From assembly GCA_010093995.1 (NCBI GenBank), contig ML992501.1:2483320-2547319 (forward strand): a DNA stretch of 64,000 nucleotides, given 5' to 3'. Shown here in pieces: positions 23,755 to 35,880 of this stretch. Position numbers and translations under genes: made by a program. Origin of the DNA: Elsinoe ampelina (taxonomy: Eukaryota). Numbering within the stretch: the stretch's first letter is position 1; each line of letters starts with the position of its first letter. Below the pieces are notes generated by a model. That model ran no database searches. It saw nothing but the letters and a program-made list of their open reading frames with translations, and was not told the origin of the DNA.

Positions 23755-26700
23755 ATGATCGCCCTGATCGCTGCTGCCGCACTTTGGCTTCCCGCTCTAG
23801 TTCCGGCCGCCTGCGTCCGGGACGATTCAAACATCGCTACTCTACAACGCGAGGTTAGCGACCCTCTCAAATTCTGCAGGTTCTGGATTGATACTGCGGT
23901 AGAGACCGAAGGAAGTCCGCTCTCTGGATTAGCTGCTAGGAACATCTCAGAGTCCTGCAGATGCATTCTTGGCGTGCAGGCATGGGTGTTCACTACAACG
24001 TCTACAGCTCCCTCAGTCGCCAGAGCTACTGGGCCCTGTGGGCGTGAGGAGAAACAAGTCGTCTCGGTCCGCAATGGTTTCTTGCGACCGGCACGTTTCT
24101 GCAGTTACTACAATCTGCGAGTGCGAGAGAACAGTCCGCTACAAGATGTCAGGGCGTCCAGATTCTCCAGCATCTGTTCATGTGCATTGCGATCTCCGAC
24201 TCTTTTCAAGGAAGCTCGCCTGTTACCAACGTCTTCGACCGCAGCCACGACTTCTGCGCCTGCCACCACATCTCTGTCCACGTCTTCATTCACAGCAAGC
24301 AGTGTACGGTCGCCAACCGCCACCAGCACAGCAACTACAAGCACGACCACGCAGTCTTCACGCCTGTCTTCGTCATCGGAAGGACAGACGCTCGCAGTCT
24401 CCTCAGTCTTTAGCTCAAGCTCCAGTGTCAGTTCTGTCTCTAGCTCCGTCTCGTTCACCAGTTCAAGCACGACTTCTAGTACCATATTCACCTTCAATTC
24501 AGTTCCCAGCTCCGCTCCAAGCTTCAGCTCCAGCTCCAGCTCCATCTCGAGGTCTGGCTTGGAAGCAGTATCCACGATATCTCCGTCAGTCAGCTCCGCT
24601 TCAGATAGAACAGCAACGATCTCAACATCCTCGTCCTCCAGCTCTGGTCGCCCGACCGTTTCAGAGCCGACTCCGTCCTCAACCATCGAGCCTTCGTCTG
24701 TGTCCATCCAGCCGTCTTCCATACCCACCTCCACCTCATCGACCACGATTTCTTCTGCACAACAAACCACTACGACATCAGCCAGCTCAATTGCAGCTGC
24801 AACAACCTCGGATACAAGATCCATATCGTCAAGTACGACTTCTCCTTCATCTCTTTTGTCCGTCTCATCTTCTACTTCCTCTACATTACAGGCAACTACC
24901 TCTCCGTTATCTGTCACGATTGCTTCAGACTCGCGCACAGCGTCGTCACTACCGGCTCCTGGATCAGGTACGAGCACGACCACTGGATTGTCTAGCTTAG
25001 CGAGCGGCACTTTTACCACGGCGAGATCAACTTCTTCCTCGGCAGCTCCGAATCCCTTTACATCTGGGTCCGCGTCGGCCTTTCCAACTTCTACTACTAC
25101 TTCGCTCTCATCCAGCTCCATCACTGCAGTCTTTTCTACAACTTCTTCCCTGTCGGCCTCTCCTATCACCTCCGCTGTATCCATCACGTTCTCCACGTCG
25201 TCATCTACAGCGTTCTCTCCGGTTGCCGGAACATCTTCCACTTCATCGTCGTCCGCCATTTTGTCAGTCACAGCGATCTCAACAACGACAGCCCCGTCTT
25301 CTTCGACTTCGTCCGCTTTGTCAGCTTCAATCGCATCGTCACTCTCGTCCTCTCTCACGCCATCGGTGTCTCCTTCTTCAACGGCCGCTCCTGTCTCAAC
25401 AACGTCATTCATCCTATCTACCTCTTCTATCCCTACAACAGCTTTCCTACCGACGTCATCCCCGTCGTCAACATCTTCTGCTCTGCAAGCAACAACTCTT
25501 ATATCTGTATCCTCTTCTCTAACGATATCTTCTACGATTTTGACGTCTTCTCTTTTGCCGACATCTTCGATACTGACAGCCTCTTCCCCTATCTCAAGTC
25601 CTCTCACTCCATCAATCACATCTCTTTTACCAACGTCCCTCACTGTACCGACTTCTCCCAGCTTACCATCTTCACCCGCTCTACCGACTTCTGCCGATTC
25701 ATCGATTCCTTCTCTTCTGCCGTCCTCTCCCACTTTATCGACCACTCTCCTACTGCCAACGTCTCTCTTGTCGTCAACGACTTCTCTTCTATCGACTTCT
25801 CTTCTATCAACTTCTCTTCTATCAACTTCTCTTCTATCAACTTCTCTTCTATCAACTTCTCTTCTATCAACTTCTCTTCTATCGACTTCTCTTCTCTCGT
25901 CATCTTCTTCTGTTCCATCTATTTCACTATCATTACCTACCATCTCGTTGAGCATAGGCTTATCTGTATCAGCAAGCCTGTCTGCATCGGCAAGCTTATC
26001 TGTGTCAGCAAGCTTATCTGTACCAATCACCAGTATACTGAACGTACCATCACCGACTCCGACGCCAACTTCGACAAGTAGCACGACGTCCATATCCCTA
26101 TCATCCTTGTCAAGCACGGTTATACCTCTGTCGTCCACAAGCTTGCTCAATTTACCGACTACCACGACTACCACGACATTGACAAGTAGCACGACGTCTA
26201 TATCCCTACCATCCTTGTCAAGCACGGTTATACCTCTGTCGACCACAAGCTTGCTCAATTTACCGACAACCACGACCATCACGACTTCGAGAACTTCTCC
26301 ATCTTCCTCGAGCAGTTCCTCGTCATCAACATCAACATCGACCAGATCAAGTACAACAACATCCATCACTGTCAGCCCAAGCTGCGGCGTAAACAACAAT
26401 TACACCTACGTCTCCCCAGACGGTCAGCTCTGGCGCCAATCCGACACGCAAGATTACTTGAGCGACCTCAGCACCTTCAAATCAACCAGTATCCGCGCCT
26501 GTATAAACGCTTGTGCCCTAAACCCCGCCTGCCAGGCTGTGGTTTTCGTGGCTGGCGGCGCCAACGATTGCTTCTTCAGCAGCACAGCAGATCGATCACG
26601 CGGCCCATTTCCGTCCAACATCATCGCCTTCTCCGCCGAACGCACACCCGGCCAGTCATGTCTCTCCACCACTACGCCTGTCTGCCCACAATCCGACCTC

Positions 26701-26991
26701 ACGTTCTACCGCGATACCAATGGCGTATCTTACAAGGTATTCTGCGGCGTGGCGTATCAGACGAATGTGCTGCAGGACCTGGGTCTGTATCCTAATGCTC
26801 AGACGTTTGTGTCGTGCATAGAGACATGTGACGCCACGATCAATTGCATAGGTGTATCGTTCGGCTACGGAGGTACTCTCAGCACACCGCAATGTAGACT
26901 GAAAGGGGCGAGGACAGGTCCAACACTAAGTCTGACTCTAGGGTATAGCGTAGATTCTGCATTTTTGGCGAGCGATACTTTGAAGACTTGA
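23755..26991 (+). CDS. Secreted mucin-like Ser/Thr-rich protein with duplicated N-terminal Cys module and two C-terminal PAN/Apple-like domains
   Basis: Signal peptide MIALIAAAALWLPALVPA, about 700 aa S/T stalk, CINACALNPACQAVVF...CFF and CIETCDATINCIGVSF...CRLK. No GPI tail. Confidence 0.85.
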   Translation: MIALIAAAALWLPALVPAACVRDDSNIATLQREVSDPLKFCRFWIDTAVETEGSPLSGLAARNISESCRCILGVQAWVFTTTSTAPSVARATGPCGREEKQVVSVRNGFLRPARFCSYYNLRVRENSPLQDVRASRFSSICSCALRSPTLFKEARLLPTSSTAATTSAPATTSLSTSSFTASSVRSPTATSTATTSTTTQSSRLSSSSEGQTLAVSSVFSSSSSVSSVSSSVSFTSSSTTSSTIFTFNSVPSSAPSFSSSSSSISRSGLEAVSTISPSVSSASDRTATISTSSSSSSGRPTVSEPTPSSTIEPSSVSIQPSSIPTSTSSTTISSAQQTTTTSASSIAAATTSDTRSISSSTTSPSSLLSVSSSTSSTLQATTSPLSVTIASDSRTASSLPAPGSGTSTTTGLSSLASGTFTTARSTSSSAAPNPFTSGSASAFPTSTTTSLSSSSITAVFSTTSSLSASPITSAVSITFSTSSSTAFSPVAGTSSTSSSSAILSVTAISTTTAPSSSTSSALSASIASSLSSSLTPSVSPSSTAAPVSTTSFILSTSSIPTTAFLPTSSPSSTSSALQATTLISVSSSLTISSTILTSSLLPTSSILTASSPISSPLTPSITSLLPTSLTVPTSPSLPSSPALPTSADSSIPSLLPSSPTLSTTLLLPTSLLSSTTSLLSTSLLSTSLLSTSLLSTSLLSTSLLSTSLLSTSLLSSSSSVPSISLSLPTISLSIGLSVSASLSASASLSVSASLSVPITSILNVPSPTPTPTSTSSTTSISLSSLSSTVIPLSSTSLLNLPTTTTTTTLTSSTTSISLPSLSSTVIPLSTTSLLNLPTTTTITTSRTSPSSSSSSSSSTSTSTRSSTTTSITVSPSCGVNNNYTYVSPDGQLWRQSDTQDYLSDLSTFKSTSIRACINACALNPACQAVVFVAGGANDCFFSSTADRSRGPFPSNIIAFSAERTPGQSCLSTTTPVCPQSDLTFYRDTNGVSYKVFCGVAYQTNVLQDLGLYPNAQTFVSCIETCDATINCIGVSFGYGGTLSTPQCRLKGARTGPTLSLTLGYSVDSAFLASDTLKT
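25780..25899 (+). repeat. Coding minisatellite (ACTTCTCTTCTATCA)x8 encoding (TSLLS)8
   Basis: Eight near-identical 15-nt units visible directly. Confidence 0.95.
26073..26278 (+). repeat. 108-nt tandem duplication (36 aa) within the mucin stalk
   Basis: GACAAGTAGCACGACGTC...AAGCTTGCTCAATTTACCGAC occurs at 26073 and 26181. Confidence 0.9.
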
Positions 26992-27092
26992 TGAGCAATG
27001 GAATGTTATTCTTGTAGCAACCAAAAAGGGATCCCGGGAGTCATGTGAGAAACGCAGTATGTCTATCCCGCGTCCGCCGCAAACAAGCTCCG

Positions 27093-27128
27093 ACATGCTT
27101 CACATGCTTCACATGCTTCACATACTTC
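27093..27128 (+). repeat. 9-nt tandem repeat (ACATGCTTC)x3 plus one degenerate copy, followed by a poly-A run
   Basis: Visible directly downstream of the mucin gene. Confidence 0.85.
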
Positions 27129-27991
27129 CTACCCCCTCCCAAATCCCTCCAAAAAAAAAAAGCCAAAAAGGTGAAGCCTCCGTCCTCACCTCGACAAGTC
27201 GAGACTCGAACGGCGGTCGTCATCGCAATCGTGCCGAGGATCCTTGGGCTGTCCAGCAGCGGGTGCAACGGGACTTGACCACTAGACCGACGACTTCACC
27301 TTGGGAATTAGCAGGGTGAGAAGGAATACATACTTACTTGGGTCAGGGAGGGTGCTTTCACATGCTTGCTGGGGGGATGAGCGAACGGTGACTGGGGAGA
27401 GGTTCTTGCGAGGAGCATGTGGAATGTTGTCACTCGTCTTCGTGCGTCTTCTACCCTCTTTATTATGCGATTGGATGGATATACTTCCATGACTTGGTGT
27501 GAGTCTTTTCAGAGAAAACATCGTATCGTTTCGGCCGCAACCAAGCTCATCCTCGTCGAGGCAGCCATGTTTCTCTGGAAAAGGCGAGACCAGAATCTCG
27601 CAAGCTGTGCTGGCGATGAGTAATTGTGTTCTTTGACATCGCTGCGACGCCAATAAAGGTGCGGGCTATTGATTGGGTTATATCGCATCGCACCGGCCGG
27701 CCGGGAGGGTCACATCGCTCTCCAGAAGCAGGTACTAATTAGACCAAGCGTGTTACACGTGGGAGTCTCGAGGTATGCTCACATATATACATGGCCGACG
27801 GAACAGCAGTGTTTGATGCACGCGTCAGGAAGGAAGACGTTGAAGTTGCAAGAGCTTGCGGTGCTCCGGTGGGGGTGGTCCAAGACAAACCCCCTCCCTC
27901 GAGGTCGTTCCCAAACATTTCCTCCTTCATCCTACACGCGTTCCAGCCGCGTAAGTGACGAATGATTCCAGCATCACGATAACACGAGCTG

Positions 27992-30593
27992 ATGAACGAC
28001 TTGACCGTGCAATCGGACCCCACATCAATCGAAACTGAAGCAGGCACTACTGCTGCTAGTCACGAGTCGCATAGCCATCCAATCTCGCGGACCATCACCG
28101 GAAACCTAGAATGTCATATTTGCCATCGAGTATTCAGCAGGAAGTACGCTCTCACAGTATTGACGTGAAGACGAGTGCAGTAAATAACCTACTACCAGAG
28201 ATGCCCTTGATCGTCACGGCAGGGTCCATCTATCGCGAACTCCGCTACGCCGTTTCCGAGCCTGCATACGATGTGCGTCTGCCAGGGTGAGGTGCAGTGG
28301 TGTTTCTCCCTGCGTAAGATGCACCAAGAAGGGCTGGAATTGCATCGTTCCTGATGGAAGTCAACCATCACAGACACCCTCCGGTCTGCGGAACCCCCAT
28401 GGGGATTACACTGTCTTCGCGAAAGCCACTAACACTCCTCCTGGATCTTTGGACCACGATCTGGGAGCACAAGATGGTTCTCAGTCTGCCACGGTCATCG
28501 CCAGCATGACCGAAGACAACTTCCTAGGCCACCCGCTACTACCGGACATGAGCATGCATATGCTTTCCGAGATGAATTGGGTGTCCCCGAATTTTGATCT
28601 GGACGAACTATATTCAAATGACGACTCAGCTCAACATCAGATGACTTGGTCCACAGAGGTTCAGGAGCCACCAATTCCTCAGCATGATACGGCACCACCA
28701 GAAGATCGTGCAAGACAAGAGACAAGCTCGGAGGTACTTCGTCCCGCATCGAATCATGATCTTGACGGTGCCTATTATGTCGAAGATACTGGTGCAAGGA
28801 GACCTCGCAATAGGCATCCCGTCGACCTGTCCTCGCCACAGGCATGGGCTGCTCGATCGATTCCAAGCAATACCGAATCTCCTGCTCGATTTTCCGAGCC
28901 AACGACTTTCGAATTCCCTGTCGAGGACATATTCATACACGAGGAAATAGCGGTACATTCGCCTGCTGAGTTGTTCAACGGAGAAGACTATCAACAACTG
29001 CAGCAGCTCTTCGCTTCTCTCTGCTTAGCAAATGAAAGAGGACATGAGAGCCTTTTCGCGACTTCTACCTTTCCTTCCGTTGTGTCTTTCAACAGCTGTT
29101 GTCGAGTCTATAGACATCAATTGGACCCAGAGGTACTACCGATCATGCATGCTAGTATCTGTTCCCTTTCCCCACTAGCCTGGATTATCAAGCTGGCCAT
29201 GGCAGCCGCTGGAAGCCAGTATGTTCAGGACGCTGATCCGGAGACTAGTGTGGCGATGCACGAGTTCTTGAGGCGTGTCATTCGACACTCAGACTCTAGA
29301 GTTGAAGTAGACGACGACTCCACGGCTCTTCTCTCTCTCGCACAAGCAAGAGTACTCAACTACCTCTGCTGTGCATATTCTGGGTCTGAGAGACTAGTCC
29401 GACACCGATTGGACATCCTGGACGACCTGAGAAGAGACCATCAGCGTCTGTACCGGCTGTGTCACTCACCAGCATTCAAAGATCCTCATCAACAAGGTAC
29501 CAGCATAGACATCCGCACTTCGTGGGTCTTGCACGAGAGTGCCCGCCGCTTGTGCCATGCTATCTGGCTCGTCGACTGTCAATCATACTACCACTTCGGT
29601 ACTCCTGCCGTTCTCCTGCTTGACTTCGCTGACCTACCTCTGCCGTGCGCAGAGAGCTTGTGGGATGCAGGCTCGACCCAAGCACTCCCTGTATCCTCCA
29701 CGCCGACTCTATCTCACGCACTTCTCGTGCTGTATCTGGAGAAAAGACTTCTTCCTGGCATCGGTGACTTTGCTCGAGTCCTGCTCATTCACGGCATCTA
29801 CGCTCAAACTTGGACGATCACCAAACCCTTGATCTCACCACTCCTCCGCTGGACTCCTTCCGCCCACCGTACCGATGCTTCCTCCCCCAGCCTAAACTCT
29901 CCACCCTGGCTTCCCTCTGTATCCACCTACAGCCACTGGCGCAACGCCGCCTGCGACGCCTTCGACGTCCTCCACTGGATCGCCAACAGCGACATCGCCC
30001 AGTCCGGCACAGAAAACACCACCGTCCTCAACCTACACTTCGGCCGGATCGTCCTCCTCACCCCAATGGAAGATATCCGCGCCCTCATCCAGCATCTCCT
30101 CCATCCCACCCCTGCCACCACTCAAGCCATCCTCGACCTGAAGACCCGCATCGCCCGCTGGGTCAACGAGGACCAATTCAAAGCCCGACTCGCCATGGTC
30201 CACTGCGGGGTCTTCTTCTGGCACATCCGCCGCTACTCGACAGACGCCTACTACGAGCCCAGCGACGTCTACATGGCTACACTGACGGTGTGGGCTTACG
30301 CGCGATACGGCACATTCCCGGACAAGCAGACAGTGGCCGGGGAGGACTGGGGAGAAGCGGAGAGTATCCGGCTTGACCGCCCGACGGATGACGAGTTGGT
30401 GCAATTGTTCGTCAAGAAGGGCAGGGGCATGAGGGCGACGATTGCCGGGGTTGGGGACGTGAATGATGCCAGAGCGGCGGGGAGGGTATTGGTTGAGGGA
30501 GCGAGGGTGTTGGAGGGGTTGAGCGGGTGGGGAATCAGGGAGAGATACAGGGAGGAGTTGGTGGCGTTGGGGAACGTGTCTGTCACGAGCTAG
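27992..30593 (+). CDS. Transcription factor with C2H2 finger + Zn(II)2Cys6 cluster + fungal-specific TF domain
   Basis: ATG 27992 and intron 28144-28198 give LECHICHRVFSRKDALDRHGRVH...RACIRCASARVRCSGVSPCVRCTKKGWNC. Middle-homology-like LPIMH, ESARRLCHAIWLVD and LPLPCAESLWDA follow. Confidence 0.88.
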
Positions 30594-30654
30594 AGATCTC
30601 CTGGTCACACAATGTGGAGGTACATGATACATTTCTCCATCTACAAAGCGTGGT

Positions 30655-32991
30655 CTACATCCTCCCAATACCAACCCGCATCTGGCCCCTCCCCTCCCTG
30701 TTCCCGCGGAAGTAGAACGGCACAAACGTCAACTCACGCACTCGTTCCCCATTCGGCGCCACAGCCACCTCCTCCTCCTCGTCCTCCTCCTCCCCCTGAG
30801 CCCCTCCTGCACCACCCCGCTGTCCTACAAACCTGACCTCAAACCCAGCCCCCTCCCTCCGCCACTCCTCCCCGACCCTCATCCCTCCCCTCCTATTCCC
30901 CTCCCAATCCCCATCCTCAAACCCCACCCCACCCATGGCTTTAATCACCACAATCTCCTCCCCCTGCCCCTCCCCCTCCCCCGTCTGGCCCCCCGTCTGG
31001 TCCCCCGCGTGGTCCCCCAACTGGTCCCCCTCCCGGTCCCCCTTCTTGACCCCCCTGACCCTCTCCTCCCACACCCGCGCCCGCCCCGCATCCAGCCTCA
31101 AGCTCCTGAAATGGTCGCACACCCAGGTGTTGTCCACGTCTTCGAGGCAGTAGACCATGGGGCCGCGGGCGAGGGCCAGGGTGCGCCGGGCGGTGGTGGT
31201 GGCGGGGTGGGGGGCGAGGAAGCGGGGGCGCATGGGGAGGGTGAGGGTGAAGGTTGGGGTGGAGAGGAGGTAGGAGGGGGGGAGGTGGAGGTAGGAGGTT
31301 TCTTGGCGGAGGGGGATGGGGAGGGGGGAGATCTGTGGGTTTTTCTTTAGCGGGGGCGGGCGGGTAAGGGGAGGGGAGAGGGGGGGGAGGGGGAGGGGGG
31401 AGGGAGGAGGGGAGTGGGGAAGGGGAAGGGAGACGTACGGTGAAGTTTGAGCTGGCCCAGGGGGGGATGCGGATTGCGAGGGTTGTGCTGACGGAGCTGG
31501 GGCTGTGGAGGGTGAAGTTGATGGTGCCGGAGAGGGGGTAGTCGGAGTCGATGTCCAGTGTGACTGTTTCGTTGTTGACCTTGAGGGTTGTAGTGCCTGC
31601 CGCGGGGATGTGGACGGAAATGTGAGCTGTGTTGGCGTCGTGATCCACATTGGTGGTGCGCAGATAACCTGTCAGGAAGCCCAGTGTTCGAGATAGGGAG
31701 GGAGGGCAGCAGGCGCAGGTGAACCAGGGCTCGAAACGCGCTGGCTTGCCCTCGCTCGATGCGAGTTGGTTGACGTACGTGAAGCGCTTCCCGTCGGTGC
31801 TCATGCAGCAAAGGACGGAGTTGAAGAGGCAAAGTTCCATAATGTCGGAGTATTTGCCGTTCAAATCGATCTGCTCTGCTTAGTACTGTGCGTAGATCTG
31901 AGAGGGATATATCGTACTTGAAGCATCCTTTCTGCCAGCATCATCACCCCGATGGCAGCACAGGTCTCTGCATAGCATCCGCCCTCGTCTGTCCCTTGCG
32001 GGAGAAAATAGTCGATTGAGAATCCTTCCCAATCGGCAATTGCTCCCACTCCTCCGTTGATGTACATCTTCTTCGAAACCATGTTATCCCACAGACGCAC
32101 TAGAGCATCTCTGTATTCCTGCTTTCGTTCGACCCGATATTTGTCCAGTGCGGCGACAGCGGTCAAGAGATACATCGCCCTCACACTGTGGCCTTCTACC
32201 GAGTCCTGCTCCAAGATCGTCTTGTGTGATTGATTGTACCAGAAGCTTTGAGGTTTAGGATAGTAAGACGGCCGCTGGAATGGATGCCAGCCTCTTGCTT
32301 CGGCTTCGGCTGCGAAGAAGTGCTTGCCGTCTCTGATAGCTCCCCTCTCCTCGATGAAGTATTGGGCCAGCGCTAGATGTTCGGGGTTCTTCGTGACCTG
32401 GTGGAGGCGTATAAGCGCAATCTCGATCTCAGGATGTCCAGGGTAGCCATGGAGCTTTCCAGTCTCCGGTCCAATCTTGGCCGCGATCAGCTTGACGTAT
32501 TTGACGAGTGGTTCTAGTAGACGATCGTTCTTGAAGACCTGGTGGTGTGCTACGGCGGCTTCTATAAGATGCCCAGCATTGTAGAGCTCGTGAAGATGCT
32601 CCAAATTGGTGAATCGTTCTTCAGGAGCTACAACAGAAAAGTGGATGTTTAGATAGCCGTCTTCTTTCTGAGCTGATCTAATCATTTCAACAAGCTCATG
32701 TATAGCATCCTCAATGACGCTATTCTTCCTATCGTGAAGAAAGTAGCATGCTGCCTCGATCCATTTGCCTACATCGGAATCCCAGAAAAGATGGTTCGGA
32801 ACAGGCCAGTGGTCAGGAGGATCGCTGTAGGATGGATGCCACTGCAGCCGGAACGCGTCGTATCGTCCAGTCTTCTTCAGTAGCTCCAATTGATGCAGTA
32901 AGGTATGCTCCCAGACGATCTGGCGCTTGCGATCCAAGAAGCTGTTTTTCTTGAGCGTCGTGTTGACGTAGCTAACCTGTGGTTGTGCCAT
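30655..32991 (-). CDS. GH127 beta-L-arabinofuranosidase (DUF1680/HypBA1-like), no signal peptide
   Basis: FWDSDVGKWIEA, HELYNAGHLIEAA, GHPEIEIAL, GHSVRAMYL, WEGF, YAETCA, CACCPP and RGPMVYCLE. Introns 31917-31871 and 31438-31333. Confidence 0.92.
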
Positions 32992-33599
32992 GACAGCAGA
33001 TTTGGGCAATACCTACCACGATTGGGAGAAGAAAAGGGAAATCATATTATCAGCAAGAAACTAGACCCACCTTTGTCACTTTCGCGCAATACTATGCAAC
33101 ACTGGAAAGTGTTTGTCAAGTCGGGAGGCGTGTGTGAGTGTGTCTCGGAGTCGGGTGTGGGTGGACGGCGGAGCCACCACAACTGCTCCGAGCGGTGTCC
33201 GTACGGTGTTCGTGACGGAGGACAGCATAGAGAGTGCTGGTAGTCGCAGGAGGACCTCGAGATGAATACGGGCGGTTGCAGTGGCGCCGTTTGCGCCCCG
33301 TTTTGGAAGTGACGAGTGCGCATTCCGGAGGAGAACGCGAAATCGTGTATAGATCACGTGGTCGGCCTTGATCAGCGCGTTCCATGCAAATGTGCCATCA
33401 TGCACACAACGATCATTCTGGAGTGTCGGATGACAAGTGGGCGAGCATACAAGCAGACGATTACTGAAAGAAGCGTACACATTTGCGGCGGTCAAGGCTG
33501 TAAGCTCAGTGGAACATTCATTGCTGATTTGTTCTATCTCTCATCAATCACTCTACATCTCCTCTGCGACACACCTAGACGTCCTTTCGCTGACTTTGC

Positions 33600-35453
33600 T
33601 TAGATGTGCTCAACTCGAATATCAGCATCATCCTTCTCGTCCATTTGCCCCTTCTTGAAATCGGAGTTGACAGCGAATTCTGGAGACAACTAATCAGTAT
33701 ACTGTCCTTGTAGACAGGTCTAGACAACTTACGATCAACGATAGTCGATTTGAACTTCCTGGCAGGAACACGGCTGTTGAACATGAGATCGATCTCGCCG
33801 AAGCTGCGATCCTTGGTCTCCGGGAGTCTGAACCAGCACCAAATATTGCAGAGGAGATTCGTCCCGGCGTAGAAGAGAGCGGCTTTGGCGCCCCAGTTCC
33901 AAGCTGAGAATTATCAGTATCTATGGAGGCTGGAATTTGTCACAGCAGTACTCACTCAAAGGAGACAGCATCCGAGGGGTGATCGAATTGTTGAAAATGC
34001 CAGTCAAATTGTAGACAAAACGACCAATCGTGATCGTTTTGTACCTCAGCTTGCCAGATGGTGTCTCGGCGACAATGGGATAACACACAGGACCGATGGT
34101 GATCATGTTGCAAAGAGTGGAGATGACCAAGAGAATGCCGATAGCTAGTGAGGCACCCTTGCTGGTCGACCACCCTAGACCGCCGATGGCGATGAGGCAG
34201 AAGAACATGAAAGTCAAGCCGCCCATGTACAGAGTGGCGCGACCAAATCTGGGCATCAGACCCCAGCAGATGATGCCGCCGACGATGTAGCAAGCCGATA
34301 GGGAGATGTTGAGGTTGAAAGATTGAATGTCCGAGAAGCCAGCGGCTTGGAGGAAGACGACGGAGTAGCCTAGAATGGCGTTACCGCAGAGGATCTGGGC
34401 GGCCCATACGACGCAATTCTGTGCAAATGTTAGTGACATGTCTGGTGGCGCTATAGGTACGACTCACAATCTCCGTCCGGCGAAGATTGGTGCCCTTGAA
34501 GCAGTCAATCAACCGCGCATCTGCTGTCTCTTCCCTCTCCAGCTCCGTGATGTAGGTGATGTACGCCAGCGATGACTCGACCTGTTGATCGCGATCGGGA
34601 GTGTCCTTTCGTAGCCGTATCAGATTCTTCCTTGCTTCTTCTGGCTTGCCACGACGGACGGAGTTCCAAGGAGATTCGGGCGCAAGATAAGCTACGATCA
34701 ACAATGGTACTGGCCAAATCCATTGGAGTGCAAAAGGCAACCTCCAAGCAAGGTCACCCGGAATGCTAACCACAGCGCGAACGACGCCAGAAGACAGCAG
34801 AATGCCTGCGCCCCAGCACATGCATACGTAGGCTGTGACGTATGGTCGCAAGACGGTCGGTACCACTTCGGAGGCGTAGGAGGTGGATAGAGTCTGGAAG
34901 ACACCCCATGGAATGCCACACATGGCTTCACCGAAAGCTAGGACCGAGAGCGAAGGCGCGAAGAAGACGATGAAGATGGTGATGACGAGCCAGCCCATGA
35001 AGAACATCATGGTTTGACGACAGCCAAACCTATCCTGAGCATATGTATTGATGACCAAGCCAGCCAGTTGACCGACTACTGCCGAGTTGGAAAGACCTGA
35101 CTGCCATTCAGGGGTAATGAGCTTGTCGCCCGTCGCAGGGTTGACTACGCCGAAGCGATTCTGAAATTGCTTCTGGCCATAGAAGGAGTTGATCTGGTAA
35201 GATGTCGATCAGTTGAGTTCGAGCTCTCCTGCAGATGACTTACAATGACAAGATCGTAGCCTTCCATGATGAGACTGGTAGACAAGATCATTGCCCAGAA
35301 GACTGCCGACTTGTACTTCGCAAGTGCCTCACGAATGGTGAGACTCTTGTCGGCTACATCAGACTCCTCAGCCTGGCGGACCAAAGATGCGACGTCAATG
35401 TCGGCATTCTTGATGATGCCAACGTCGGTAGGGACTACAACACCACCGGCCAT
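33600..35453 (-). CDS. MFS sugar porter, Mal31/Agt1 alpha-glucoside transporter-like
   Basis: SLIMEGYD, DRFGCR, YASEVVP..LR, PESP, GTNLRRTEI, AETPSGKLR and LPETKDRSFGEID. Introns 35243-35194, 34467-34419, 33955-33904 and 33732-33680. Confidence 0.92.
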
Positions 35454-35559
35454 GGTGATTGTGAAGTCTTGTTTCTGCTAATGGTTGGGAAGAAATGCAG
35501 AGAGCTGGCACTACTGTGCCATGAGGGACTTGCTTATGATGATATAGCGTTGCGTGTAC

Positions 35560-35880
35560 CGTCAATTGCGGGGGTGTTTGGAGAAGATCGGCGGAAGGAT
35601 GGCATAAGATATATACACTCGAGTCAAGTGCAGACAAAGGCGTCAATTAGGGCGACCTACATGGTGGTTGCTTCGGGGGATTTCCCCGCGCTGTCGTTTT
35701 CATGCACACGCACGCCCGAGACACGAGCGCTCGTAGCAAGGTCGCTATGAGAGTACGGCGAGATGCAAAGAAAGGCTGGAACGGCGGCACCCCGGACGGG
35801 ATTGTGGTGAAGGTTGCGGCAAGGGGTCCAGGCGACACGTGCTCGGGACCGGAGGGTGTGGGGGTGGATGCGGGGGTGGG
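35560..35880. promoter_or_regulatory. Cluster of CreA/Mig1-type SYGGRG sites and CGG triplets upstream of the sugar porter
   Basis: SYGGRG matches at 35568, 35684 (rev), 35790 (rev), 35858 and 35870; CGGCGG at about 35590 and 35782. Confidence 0.5.

Noticed and set aside
24108..26399. 763-aa antisense ORF rich in V/E/D
   Set aside because: Shadow of the Ser/Thr-rich mucin: TCN/ACN codons rarely create stops in this antisense frame.
30941..31864. Apparent frameshift or pseudogene in GH127 (three separate ORFs)
   Set aside because: Explained by two canonical introns (31917-31871 and 31438-31333) that restore a continuous frame.
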